A stretch of DNA of 64,000 nt from Chiloscyllium plagiosum (Eukaryota). Numbering within the stretch: position 1 is the first letter of the stretch; every line of letters begins with the position of its first letter. A model generated the notes under the pieces. The model had not been told where the DNA came from. It saw only the letters and a program-made list of their open reading frames with translations, and did no database searches. Location of the stretch: contig NC_057759.1 of assembly GCF_004010195.1 (NCBI RefSeq), forward strand, positions 4,866,657 through 4,930,656, written 5' to 3'. The translations under genes and the position numbers were made by a program. This document shows positions 51,001 through 63,000 of this stretch, one piece after another.

Positions 51001-54000
51001 TTTAAATCCACAACCCAGAGAAATATAACCATTGCCTCCCACAGAATGTAACATCAGGTATGTACCTTGAACGTGAACATCAACAGACCGTGATGTGTGC
51101 CAGGAAATTTTACAGCTGTACAATCCACTGTCAGCAACGCTGTTTATTTTAATGTTGTACGCAGATTCACCATTTGTAGACCTCAGTGAATGAATCATCT
51201 TGCCTTTTCTATAAAAGGCAAATTTTCTCTCCGACTGACTATTGTATTTGTACCGACAGTTCAGTTTCATTGTCTCTCCTTCCAAAGGTAAAACTGGGAC
51301 AACATGGAAAGCCACATTTCCATCTAAGATTGAAAGCAGAGTTGCATCATTACAGCTCAGCACAGGCTTTAATTACACTGGAAACTGTTCCGAAAACATT
51401 CAATTCCACATTGTTTCGGGAATAATTTACAAGTATCATTCCAGTCAACCTATCCCCGATATTTTCGACAATCTAGTGTGAATAAATAAATATCATTAAT
51501 CTGCTTTCAACTCACATTCAGATTTGAGTACAGTTTAGGGCCCCGTGTCCAGGAAGGAATTTTAGGACCATAAGAAATCAGAATAGCAGGAGGCCATTCA
51601 GCCCCCTTGCCATTCGTGCAGTGTCAAATACTATCGGTCAGAACAGTTTCCTGTGTCAGCTGAAGTCAAATGCGAGTCGAGACGCGGAGAAGACGATATA
51701 CAAGTACAACATGAAAATTGACACAACATTTTTAAAATGTTGTAAGTGTATAAGGCAGGACAGAGAATGAGGCAGATTAGAAAGCACAGATATGTGGACA
51801 CAGGACTGACAGTTCTTACTGATATCATATGACACTCTCAGACATAAAATTAAAGTATGCTGTAGGCAATAGTGATGGTAAATAATACAAGGGTATCTGG
51901 GGTCTTTGGGTTGGCATGGAGAAGATGGGATGAATAGCCCCCTCTGTACTGTATTATTTTTATGATTCAATAGCTATCAATTGGACCCTGCCAGTCTTTG
52001 CAGTGTGAATATGTAAATATATTGACCATATAATGAATGTTACAGTTTGATAACTACACTCACACATTCACCAAGCAGGAACTGACAGGTATACATCAAT
52101 ACTAAACACTCATATCCACATACCCACTTGCATCATGTAGGTCACATTTATGGAGCTGTATGGGTGTTGGGTGTTGCCTTATATGGGTGTTGAAAATGTG
52201 TTGCTGGAAAAGCGCAGCAGGTCAGGCAGCATCCAAGGAACAGGAGAATTGTGGTTGGAGGGTTCCTAGGCGGAAGATGAGGCGCTCTTCCTCCAACCGT
52301 CGTTTTGTTGTGGTCTGGCGATGGAGGAGTCCAAAGACCTGCATATCCTTGGTGGAGTGGGAGGGGGAGTTGAAGTGTTGAGCCACGGGGTAGTTGGGTT
52401 GGTTGGTCCGGGTGTCCCAGAGGTGTTCTCTGAACCGCTCCGCAAGTAGGCGGACTGTCTCCCCAATATAGAGGAGGCCACATCGGGTGCAGCGGATGCA
52501 ATAGATGATGTGTGTGGAGGTGCAGGTGTATTTGTGGTGGATATGGGAGAGTCCCTTGGGGCCTTGGAGGGAAGTAAGGAAGGAGGTGTGGGCGCAAGTT
52601 TTGCATTTCTTGCAGTTGCAGGGGAAGGTGCCGGGAGTGGAGGTTGGGTTGGTGGGAGGTGTGGACCTGACGAGGGAGTTACGGAGGGGGTGCTCTTTTC
52701 GGAATGCTGATAAGGGAGGGGAGGGAACTATATCCCTGGTGGTGGGGTCCGTTTGGATGTGGCAGAAATGACGGCGGATGATCTGGTGGGGTGGCAGGTG
52801 AGGACCAGTGGGGTTCTGTCCTGGTGGCGGTTGGAGGGGCGGGGCTCAAGGGCGGAGGAGCGGGAAGTGGAAGAGATGCGGTGGAGGGCATCGTCGACCA
52901 TGTCTGGGGGGACACCGCTGAGGCTAAACGCCAGCTCGCGGACACCTCCTCCAACTGCCCCCTTGACCATGACCCCACCTCCCACCACCAAACCATCATC
53001 TTGCAAACCATCCATAACCTCATCACCTCGGGGGATCTCCCATCCACCGCCTCCAACCTCATAGTCCCACAACCCCGCAAGGCCCGTTTTTACCTTCTGC
53101 CCAAGATCCACAAACCTGACTGCCCCGGCCGACCCATTGTCTCAGCCTGCTCCTGCCCCACCGAACTCATCTCTGCATACCTCGACACGGTTCTGTCCCC
53201 CTTAGTCCAAGAACTCCATTCTGGCCTCTTACCCGCCCTCGATCTCTTCATAGCCAACTGCCGCCGCGATATTAACCGCCTCAACTTCTCCACCCTTCTC
53301 ACTAACCAGTACCCTTCCACTGACACCCTCCTTCGACTGACTGAACTGGTCCTCACCTTGAACAACTTCTCTTTCCAATCCTCCCACTTCCTCCAATTCA
53401 AAGGAGTAGCCATGGGCACCCGCATGGGCCCCAAGCTATGCCTGCCTCTTCGTAGGATATGTGGAACAGTCTATCATCCGCAGCTACACTGGCACCACCC
53501 CCCACCTTTTCCTCCGTTACATCGATGACTGTATCGGCGCTGCCTCGTGCTCCCACGAGGAGGTTGAACAGTTCATCCACTTTACCAACACCTTCCACCC
53601 CGACCTCAAATTCACCTGGACCGTCTCAGACTCCTCCCTCCCCTTCCAAGACCTTTCCATTTCTATCTCAGGTGACCGTATCGACACGGACATTTACTAT
53701 AAACCGACCGACTCCCACAGCTACGTAGACTACACCTCCTCCCACCCTGCCCCCTGTAAAAATGCCATCGCATATTCCCAATTCCTTCGTCTCCGCCGCA
53801 TCTGCTCCCAGGAGGACCAGTTCCAAAACCGTACAACCCAGATGGCCTCCTTCTTCAAGGACCGCAATTTGCTCCCAGACATGGTCGACGATGCCCTCCA
53901 CCACATCTCTTCCACTTCCCGCTCCTCCGCCTTGAGGCCCGCCCCTCCAACTGCCACCAGGACAGAACCCCACTGGTCCTCACCTGCCACCCCACCATGT

Positions 54001-57000
54001 ACAGCGTATCATCCGCCGTCATTTCTGCCACCTTCCCCTGCAACCGCAAGAAATGCAAAACTTGCGCCCACACCTCCCCCCTTGCTTCCCTCCATAGCCC
54101 CAAGGGACACTTCCATATCCACCACAAATTCACCTGCACCTCCACACACATCATCTATTGCATCTGCTGCACCCGATGTGGCCTCCTCTATATTGGGGAG
54201 ACAGGCTGCCTACTAGCGGGGTGGTTTGCTAGTGCTCTTTGGGGGTGGGGGGGTGTTTAAAATAACTCTGCAGGGGCATGGGAACCTAGACTGTAGCTTT
54301 AGGGTGCAGGACCTGGAGTATAGGGAGGTTAGGAACATGGCATCAATTTCAAAGGATGGTGCCTGTAAACAGGAAAGTGGCTTGAAGTATGTATACATCA
54401 ATGCAAGCAGTATACAAAATAAGGTAGGTGAACTTGCAGCGTGGGTCGGTACCTGGGATTTCGATGTTGTGGCTATTAGGGAGACATGGGTAGAACAGGG
54501 ACAGGATTGGCTTTTGCAGGTTCCAGGGTTTAAATGTTTTAGTAGGGTCAGAGGTGGGGGTAAAAAAGGGGGAGGTGTGGCATTGCTTGTCAAAGATAGT
54601 ATTACAGCGGTGGAAAGGACGATTGATGAAGACTTGCCATCTGAGGTAGTTTGGGCTGAGGTTAGGAATAGGAAAGGTGAGGTCGCCCTGTTAAGAGTTT
54701 TCTACAGGCCTCCTAATCGTCCTAGAGACGTAGAAGAAAGGATTGCGAGGATGATTCAGGAGAAGAGTGAAAGTAATAGGGTGGTTTTTATGGGGGCTTT
54801 AACTTTCCAGATATTGACTGGGAAAGCTATAGCTCGAGTTCGTTAGATGGATCAGTGCAGGAAGGTTTCCTGACACAATATGTAGACAGGCCAACAAGAG
54901 GTGAGGCCATACTGGATTTGGTTCTGGGTAACGAACCAGGCCAGGTGTTAGAATTGGAGGTAGGTGAGCACTCTGGGGACAGTGACCACAATTCGATGAC
55001 TTTTACTCTAGTGATGGAGAGGGATAGGTGTGCACTGCAGGGCAAGAGTTATAGCTGGGGGCAGGGAAATTATGATTTCTCCAGTGACTTTATTCATCAT
55101 CCATCAAAACTTACGACGAAACGTGGCTGGACTATTTGTCTGTTGGCCTTGGGATCGTTTCGCACTGTGTATCAGATGTTAGTTCTACTCTTTGGAATTC
55201 AAGTAGCCAGTATGCTATCTTTAAAGGGTTCCCATTTGTATTACATAGAAATGTTTCTGACTCTGGCAAATTAACCCGCATTTGACACAACACAATAAAT
55301 CGGATGCATGGTAATGGTGGATTGAGGGATTACCCTGACCAAAAACTTGCACACTGTAATTGAATACAATATTGTTTCTGCGGCTGTTGTTTACAGAACG
55401 GCATGAATGTCCAATGCGGTGAGGCATGTCTTAGGATGTGTGGCTTGGAAAAGTAGACTGCAAGGCAAGAGTGTAAATGATATGTGGAACTTGTTCAAGG
55501 GGCAACTATTGAGTGTCCTTGATAATTATGTACCTGTCAGGCAGGGAGGAAAGGGTCGTGTGAGGGGGCCGTGGTTTAATAAGGAATTGGAATCCCTTGT
55601 TAAAGGGAAGAGGGTGGCCTATGTAAAGATGAGGCGTGAAGGTTCAATTGGGGCGATTGAGAGTTATAAGGTAGCCAGGAAGGATCTGAAGAGAGAGCTA
55701 AGAGCAGCAAGGAGGGGACATTAAAATTCCTTTGTTGGTAGGATTAGGGAAAACCCAAAGGCTTTCTATAGGTATGTCAGGAATGAAAGAATGATTAGGG
55801 TAGGAATAGGTCCAGTGAAGGATAGTAGTGGGAAGTTGCGTGTGGAGGCTGAAGAGATTGAGGAGACACTGAATGAATACTTTTCGTCAGTATTCACTCA
55901 GGAACAGGATATTGTTGCCGATGTGAATACTGACTCACAATTAATTAGAATGGACGGCTTTGAGTTATGTAGGGAAGAGCTTTTGGAAATTCTGGAAAGG
56001 GTGAAAATAGATAAGTCCCCTGGGTCTGATTGCATTCTTTTGCCCGAAACGTCGATTTCAAAGCTCCTTGGATGCTGCCTGATCTGCTGTGCTCTTCCAG
56101 CACCACTAATAAAGAATCCCAGGATTCTCTGGGAAGCAAGGGAGGAGATTGCAGAGCCATTGGCCTTGATTTTTATGTCCTCGTTGTTTACAGGAATAGT
56201 GCCAAAAGACTGGAGGATAGCAAATGTGGTTCCCTTGTTCAAGAAGGGAAGTAGGGATAACCCTAGTAACTAGGCCGGTGAGTCTCACTTCTGTTGTGGG
56301 CAAAGTCTTAGAGAGAATTGTAAGGGATAGGATTTATGAACATCTGGATAGGAATAATGTGATCAAGGATAGTCAGCATGGTTTTGTGAAGGGCATGTCG
56401 TGCCTCACAAACTATATTGAATTCTTTGAGAAGGTGACTAAGGAGGTGGACGAGGGTAAAGCGGTATATGGATTTTAGTAAGGCATTTGATAAGGTTCCC
56501 CATGGTAGGCTACTGCAAAAAATACGGAGATATGGCATTGAGGGTGAGTTGGAGGTTTGGATTAGGAATTGGCTGGCTGGAAGAAGACAGAGGGTAGTAG
56601 TTGATGGTAAAGGTTCATCTTGGAGTGCAGTTTCTAGCGGTGTTCCGCAAGGATCTGTTTTGGGACCATTGCTGTTTGTCATTTTTATAAATGACCTGGA
56701 GGAGGGGCTAGAAGGTTGGGTGAGCAAGTTTGCGGACGATACAAAAGTCGGTGGAGTTGATGACAGTGAGGAAGGATGTGTCAGGTCATAGCGGGATATA
56801 GATAAACTGCATAGCTGGGCAGTAATTTGGCAAATGTAGTTCAATGTAAGTAAGTGTGAGGTGATTCACGTTGGTAAAAGTAACAAAAAGATGGGGTACT
56901 AGGCTAATGGTCGGATACTTGGCAGTGTGGATGGGTAGAGGGATCTTGGTGTCTATGTACACAGATCTCTGAAAGTTGCCACACAGGTAAATAGTGCGGT

Positions 57001-60000
57001 GAAGAAGGCATATGGTGTACTGGCTTTTATTGATAGAGGAATTAAGTTCCGGAGTCCTGAGGTCATGTTGCAGTTGTATAAGACTCTGGTGCGGCCGTAT
57101 CTGGAGTATTGTGTGCAGTTTTGGTCGCCATACTATAGGAAGGATGTGGAGGCACTGGAACGGGTGCAGAGGAGGTTTACCAGCATGTTGCCTGGTATGG
57201 TAGGAAGATCGTATGAGGAAAGGCTGAGGCACTTGGGGCTGTTTTCATTGGAGAATATAAGGTTTAGGGGTGACTTGATAGAAGTGTACAAGATGATTAG
57301 GGGTTTAGATAGGGTTGACCATGAGAACCTTTTCCCACGTATGGAGTCAGCTATTACTAGGGGGCATAGCTTTAAATTAAGGGGTGGTAGGTATAGGACA
57401 GATGTTAGGAGTAGATTCTTCACTCAGCGAGTCGTGAGTTCATGGACTCTCCCTCTTAATGGGCATTTAAACGGCCATTGGATAGGCATATGGAGGATAG
57501 TGGGCTAGTGTAGGTTAGGTGGGCTTGGATCGGCGCAACATCGAGGGCCAAAGGGCCTGTACTGCGCTGTATTTTTCTATGTTCTATGTTCCATGAGTGA
57601 TAACTGGAGAAGATGCATTGGAGAGGATTGTTGAACACGTGGGAGGGGGAATTGCAGTCGTTAAATTGGAGATTTTCTGGGATGTCCTGAAGTGAACTTG
57701 TCCAAATGTCTTCCAAACGTTGTAACTTCACCAGTATCCAATACTTCCTCTGGCAATCCATTACACACACCAACCACTCTGTGTTAAAACAAAGTTGCAC
57801 CTAATGACCTTTTTTAAAGTCTGTTCTCCCCACCCGACGGCAAAGAACCCCTGTAATTCACTTGATCTATGCTCCTCATGATTTTATCAATCTCAATAAG
57901 GTCAGACATCAATGTCCTCCGCTCCAGTGAAATATTTTTCCTATCTATTTTGATGTCATGAAACCCTCCATTCCCAGCAACACTCTGGTGAGTGTTTTCG
58001 GTACCCTCTCTGGTTTAACAATATCCTTCCTATAACAAAGCGACCAGAGCTGCAATCAATATTCTAGAAGAGACCTCACCAACCTCGATTTGACATCCCA
58101 GCTCCTATTATCAAACGTCTAACCAATGAAGGAAAGCATGCTAAATATCGTCTTAACCATCATGTGACACAAATTTCAAAGAATTATGTAACTGAACCCG
58201 TGTATCTCTCATTTCTATCACGTTACCCAAGGCCCTATCATTAATTGTACAAACCTTGTCCTTGTTCGTATTACAAAAATGCAATATTACATATTTATCC
58301 AAATTAAACTTCACATGCCACTCATCTGCCCTTTTGATGGAATTGATCAAGATTTCTTTGTAATCTTCGATAACCCTTTTCACCATTCATGAGACGACAA
58401 GTTTTGGTGTCATTTGCAAACTTACTAACCATACCTCCAATATTCTCAATCATATCATTTATGTAAACAAAAAACAACAGTGGATCCAGCCCCAATCCCT
58501 GCGGAGCACTACTGGCCACAGGTCTCTAATCTGAAAAAGAATCTTCTTTAATTAGTCTGTTTTCTGCCATTAAACCAATTTTGTATCCAAATGGCAAGTT
58601 CATCCTGAATCCCATGTGTTCTAACTGTGCTAATTAGTACTGGAATTAGGGTTGCTCGCTGAGCTGGAAGGTTCATTTCCAGAAGTTTCGTTGCCATACG
58701 AGGTAACATCTTCAGTGAGTTTCCAGTTGAAGGCTTTTTCCAGAGGCTCACTGAAGAGGTTACCTAGTATGATGACCAAACGTCTAAAACTGAACTTGCC
58801 AGCTCAGTGAGCAAACCTACATCCAGAACCCCAATCTGAACTACAAATCTTCTCAAAACACGCTGTACTAATTAGTTTACCATGCGGAACTTTGTTAAAG
58901 ATTTCACTAAGTTCCAATTAAATAACGTCTGTCACTCTGTATTTGTATAACTTCATTAGAAAATTCAATCATGTTTGAGAGTTTCGAAGTTCCTCGTACG
59001 AAACCGTGCTGACTCTTCATAATCAATCCTTGCTTCTCCAAATGCACGTACATCCTATCTTTCATAACCATCTCCAACAGCCTCACTGGTCTATATTTTC
59101 AAGGCTTCTCATTACAGCCTATTTTTAACAACTGCACAACATGAGCCACCCTCCAGTCCTCCACTACTTCACCATATTTATAGATGACAGAAACGTTTCT
59201 GCTTGAAGCACAATTTCCTCCATGATGTTCCAAAACATTCTGGCAATTTGATAAGGTCCTGGCAATTTATCAACGTTAATGTTTTCTAAGACTTCCAACA
59301 CTTCTTCTTTTGCAATGTGAACTGTTTTTAAAACACCAGTATTGATTTCCTTGAGCTCTCAAGCCTACATTTCTTTCTCAATAGTGAAAATTGACACGAA
59401 ACATCAATTAATATCTCCTTGTAGAACTGCATAGTTTTCTTAGAAATTCCCTCCTCTTTCTTGTGAACTCCAGTGAACATTATCCGAATAAATCCAATCT
59501 CTCTTCACCTGTCAGTCCTGCCATCACATGAAGCAACCTGGGAACCCTTTGCTGTCCTCCCTCTGCAGCCTTCCTTATATACTGAGACCCAAACTGCACA
59601 CATAATACTACTGGGTATGGTCTCACTCTGTACAATTGCAGCAAAACATTGTTTTTTATTCAATGGTGGCAAATGAGTATCGCGGACTGGCTAATATCTC
59701 AGCTTTTGTACCTAGTAGTCTCTTTGAGTGGGTGGTGGTGAGCTGCCTTCTTGATTCACTGCAGTCCATGTGCTGGACAGAGCTGTACAGTGTGTTTAGG
59801 GAGGGAATTCCATGATTTTCACAAAGTGATACTGAACAAACTATTGATTCATTTACAAATCACGATGGTGAATGGCTCAGAGGGGAAACTTGGAGGGGAT
59901 GGTGCTTCCATGTATCTGCTGCTCTTGTTCTACTAGATGGAATGGGTCGTGTGTTTGGAAAGTGCTATCTGAGGATTTTCATTAAATTTCTGCATGACCT

Positions 60001-63000
60001 CTCGTTATTGAATCCTTCAACCTGGGAAAAAGCTTATCTCTGTCCACCCTGTCCATAGCCTTCATGATTTTGTAAACCTCGATCAGGTCCCCCTCAAATC
60101 TCCTTTTATCTAGTGAAAATAAACCTAACCTAATCAGCCTCTCTTCATACCAGACCAGGCAACATCCTCGTATACCTTCTCTGCACCCTCTCCAAAGCGT
60201 CCACATCCTTTTGGCAATGTGGCCACCAAAAATGTACACGGTATTCTAAATGCGACCGAACCAATGTCTTGTACAATTTTAATATGACTTGCCAGCTCTT
60301 ATACTCAATACCCCGTCTAATGAAAGTAAGTATACTATATGCCTTCTTGACCACGCTATCCACCTGTGCAGCAACCTTCAGGGTACAATAGACCTGAACT
60401 CCCAGATCTCTCCGCCCATCAACGTTTTCCAAGGCTCTTCCGTTCATTGTATGATTCGCTCTAGAATTAAACTTGCATAAATGCATCACCTCACATTTGT
60501 CCGGATTGAAAGCCATCTGCCACTTTTCCGCCCCACTCTCCAGTCTATCTATACCCTTCTGTATTCTCTGACAGTCCCTTATGCTTTCTGCTACTCCACC
60601 ATTCTTTGAGTCGTCTGCAAACTTGCTGATCAAAGCAACAGTGCACTTTTCTAGATCATTTATGTATATTACAAACAACAGTGCCCCCCTATACTGACCC
60701 CGTGGAACACCACTGGTCACTTTTCTCTATTTCGAGAAACTTCCTTCAACTACTACTCTCTGTCACCTCTTGCTCAACCAGTTCTTTATCCACCTAGCCT
60801 GAACACCCTGCACACCATGTGACTTTACTTTCACCATTAGTCTACAATGGGGAACCTTATCAAACGCCTTATTTGGATACTGACCAGCTTCTCGAGTTTT
60901 CTTGAAACTGCACACATCCAGACAAGTGGGGAATATTCCATCATACTCCCGACTTGTGCCTTGTTGATGTTGGACAGGCTTCAGGAAGTCAGGAGGTAAT
61001 GTATTTGCTGTGGAATTCCCAACCGCTGACCTGGTCTTGGAGCTGTTGTGTTTATGTCGTGATACCAATTTCGATTCTGGTCAGTGGTAAACCCTAGGAT
61101 CGTGATAATGGGGTGTCTACCATGTAAACATCATTGAATATCAAGTAGATAATGGTTAGAGAGTCTGGTATTATTGCTGGCCATTTTCTGGCAGGTGTGT
61201 GGCACAGATGTTACTTGCCACTTGTCATAACAAGCCTGGATATTGTCCAGACCTTGCTGCATTTGAACACGAACTGCTTCAGCAACTGTGAGGTGAATGG
61301 AGCTGAACATGATTCACTGATCATTGCACAATCAGTGAACATTCCCACTTCTGACCTAATGATGGAGGGAAGATCATTGATGAAGCATCCCTGCTCCTGT
61401 CCTCGAGTCTCCATGACTGGGAGCATCCTGTTAAAAGCAGTTTGCACAGATGCAGCATAGAATCATCAAAACATTCACTGGCACAAACTAAACGAAGGAA
61501 TGACTGACCTGATACTGTGATAGTTAGATTGTTCGAAACCCACTTTCTATAACTCATTCCTAATTCACATCGATAAGATGCTTCATATGAATGTTTGGCA
61601 CTTCCTATGGTGAGTGAACCATCTTCAGTTTCTTTTATGAACTTGTTATTCTGATACCACTGGAAACGCTTATGTCCTCTCAAGTTCTGGAATGGAGTCC
61701 GGCAGTTCATTACAATCTTCTCATCCCGCAGAGCATGTTGATGCTTAGCATCCAGAGTTAGCATTTCTTTGGAAACTGCAAAATAAATGTGACAAAAGCT
61801 GGATACAAAATCAGATTGAAATACAACAACTTGCACTTGATAAGTCAATGGTGTCGGTCCTAAAAGCGGGGAGATGATTTATGATACTGTACAGGGCTTA
61901 GGTGAGGCCACAGCTGGAGCACTGTGTGCAGTTCCGGTTTCCATTCATTCGGAAAGATGTGATTGCACTGGCGGAGAATGGGGCGTTTCAGCAATGTAGG
62001 GAGGCTGGATAAGCTCAGATGTTTTCTTTGGAGCAGAGGAACCTTACTTCGGGCCAATACGTCCACACTGACCCTGTGAAGAGTAACCCACCTAGACACC
62101 TATTACTCGACATTTACTCCAGACTAATGCGCTTAACCTACACATCCCTTAACACCATGGGCAAATTAGCATGGCCAATTCACTTAACCAGCACATCTTT
62201 GGATTGTGGGAGGAAACCGTGGCACCCTCGCAGTACTGGGAGAATGTGCAAACTCCAATCAGACAATCACCCGGGTCCCTGGCACTTTGTGGCAGGAGTG
62301 ATTACTACTGAGTGACCGTGCCACCTGATAAAGAAGGGTAAGATTATAAAGCATACGTAGAGGGGGCAGAGGAAGCAGCTGTACCCTGTAGTTAAAAGGC
62401 TCAATAACACGAGGGTGCATCATGCTAAAGTGAAAGGCAGGAGGTTTGGAGGGTGAGTTGAAGATTGCTTGACGCAGCTGGTGTGAACGGCCCAGCTTCG
62501 ACAGCCCTTTGTGGTAATGAATTCCGTAGATTCACTGTGTACAGCGAGAATAAATTCCTCCTCATCTTTGTCTTTAATGGGCGACTCCCTCAATTTATGA
62601 TGCTGCCCCTCTAGTCCCAGACTCTCCCAGACAAGGGGAAGTAACCTCTCTCTGCATCTCCCCTGTTAGGACCCCCTGAGAATTTTCAATAAGGTCGCCT
62701 CTCATTTTTCTAAACTCTCATGAGTACAGACCTAACTTACTCAACCTCTCCTCATGCGAAATTGCCAACTCCTAGTTCAGATTCCTCACCTGACCTAAGT
62801 GACTCATGTTGAAAGATGCATATTTGGCTGAAAGTGGTCTGAAAGATCAGGAACACCAAATCAATGCACACTCCACTTCCATGTCGAGTTTTCTAGGTAA
62901 ATCATAGTCAAACTTGATTACAAAGCAATGTGATAGACCCTTAGCTGTCTTCTGGGACGGGCAATAAATACTAGCCTAGCCAGTGATGCCATCATCCTGT

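Noticed and set aside
52791..57508. RT and nuclease ORFs as a novel retron-like or defence system, or as active elements
   Set aside because: Motifs are those of ordinary Penelope (YIDD + GIY-YIG) and CR1 (APE + FADD) retrotransposons, broken by stops, frameshifts and insertions.
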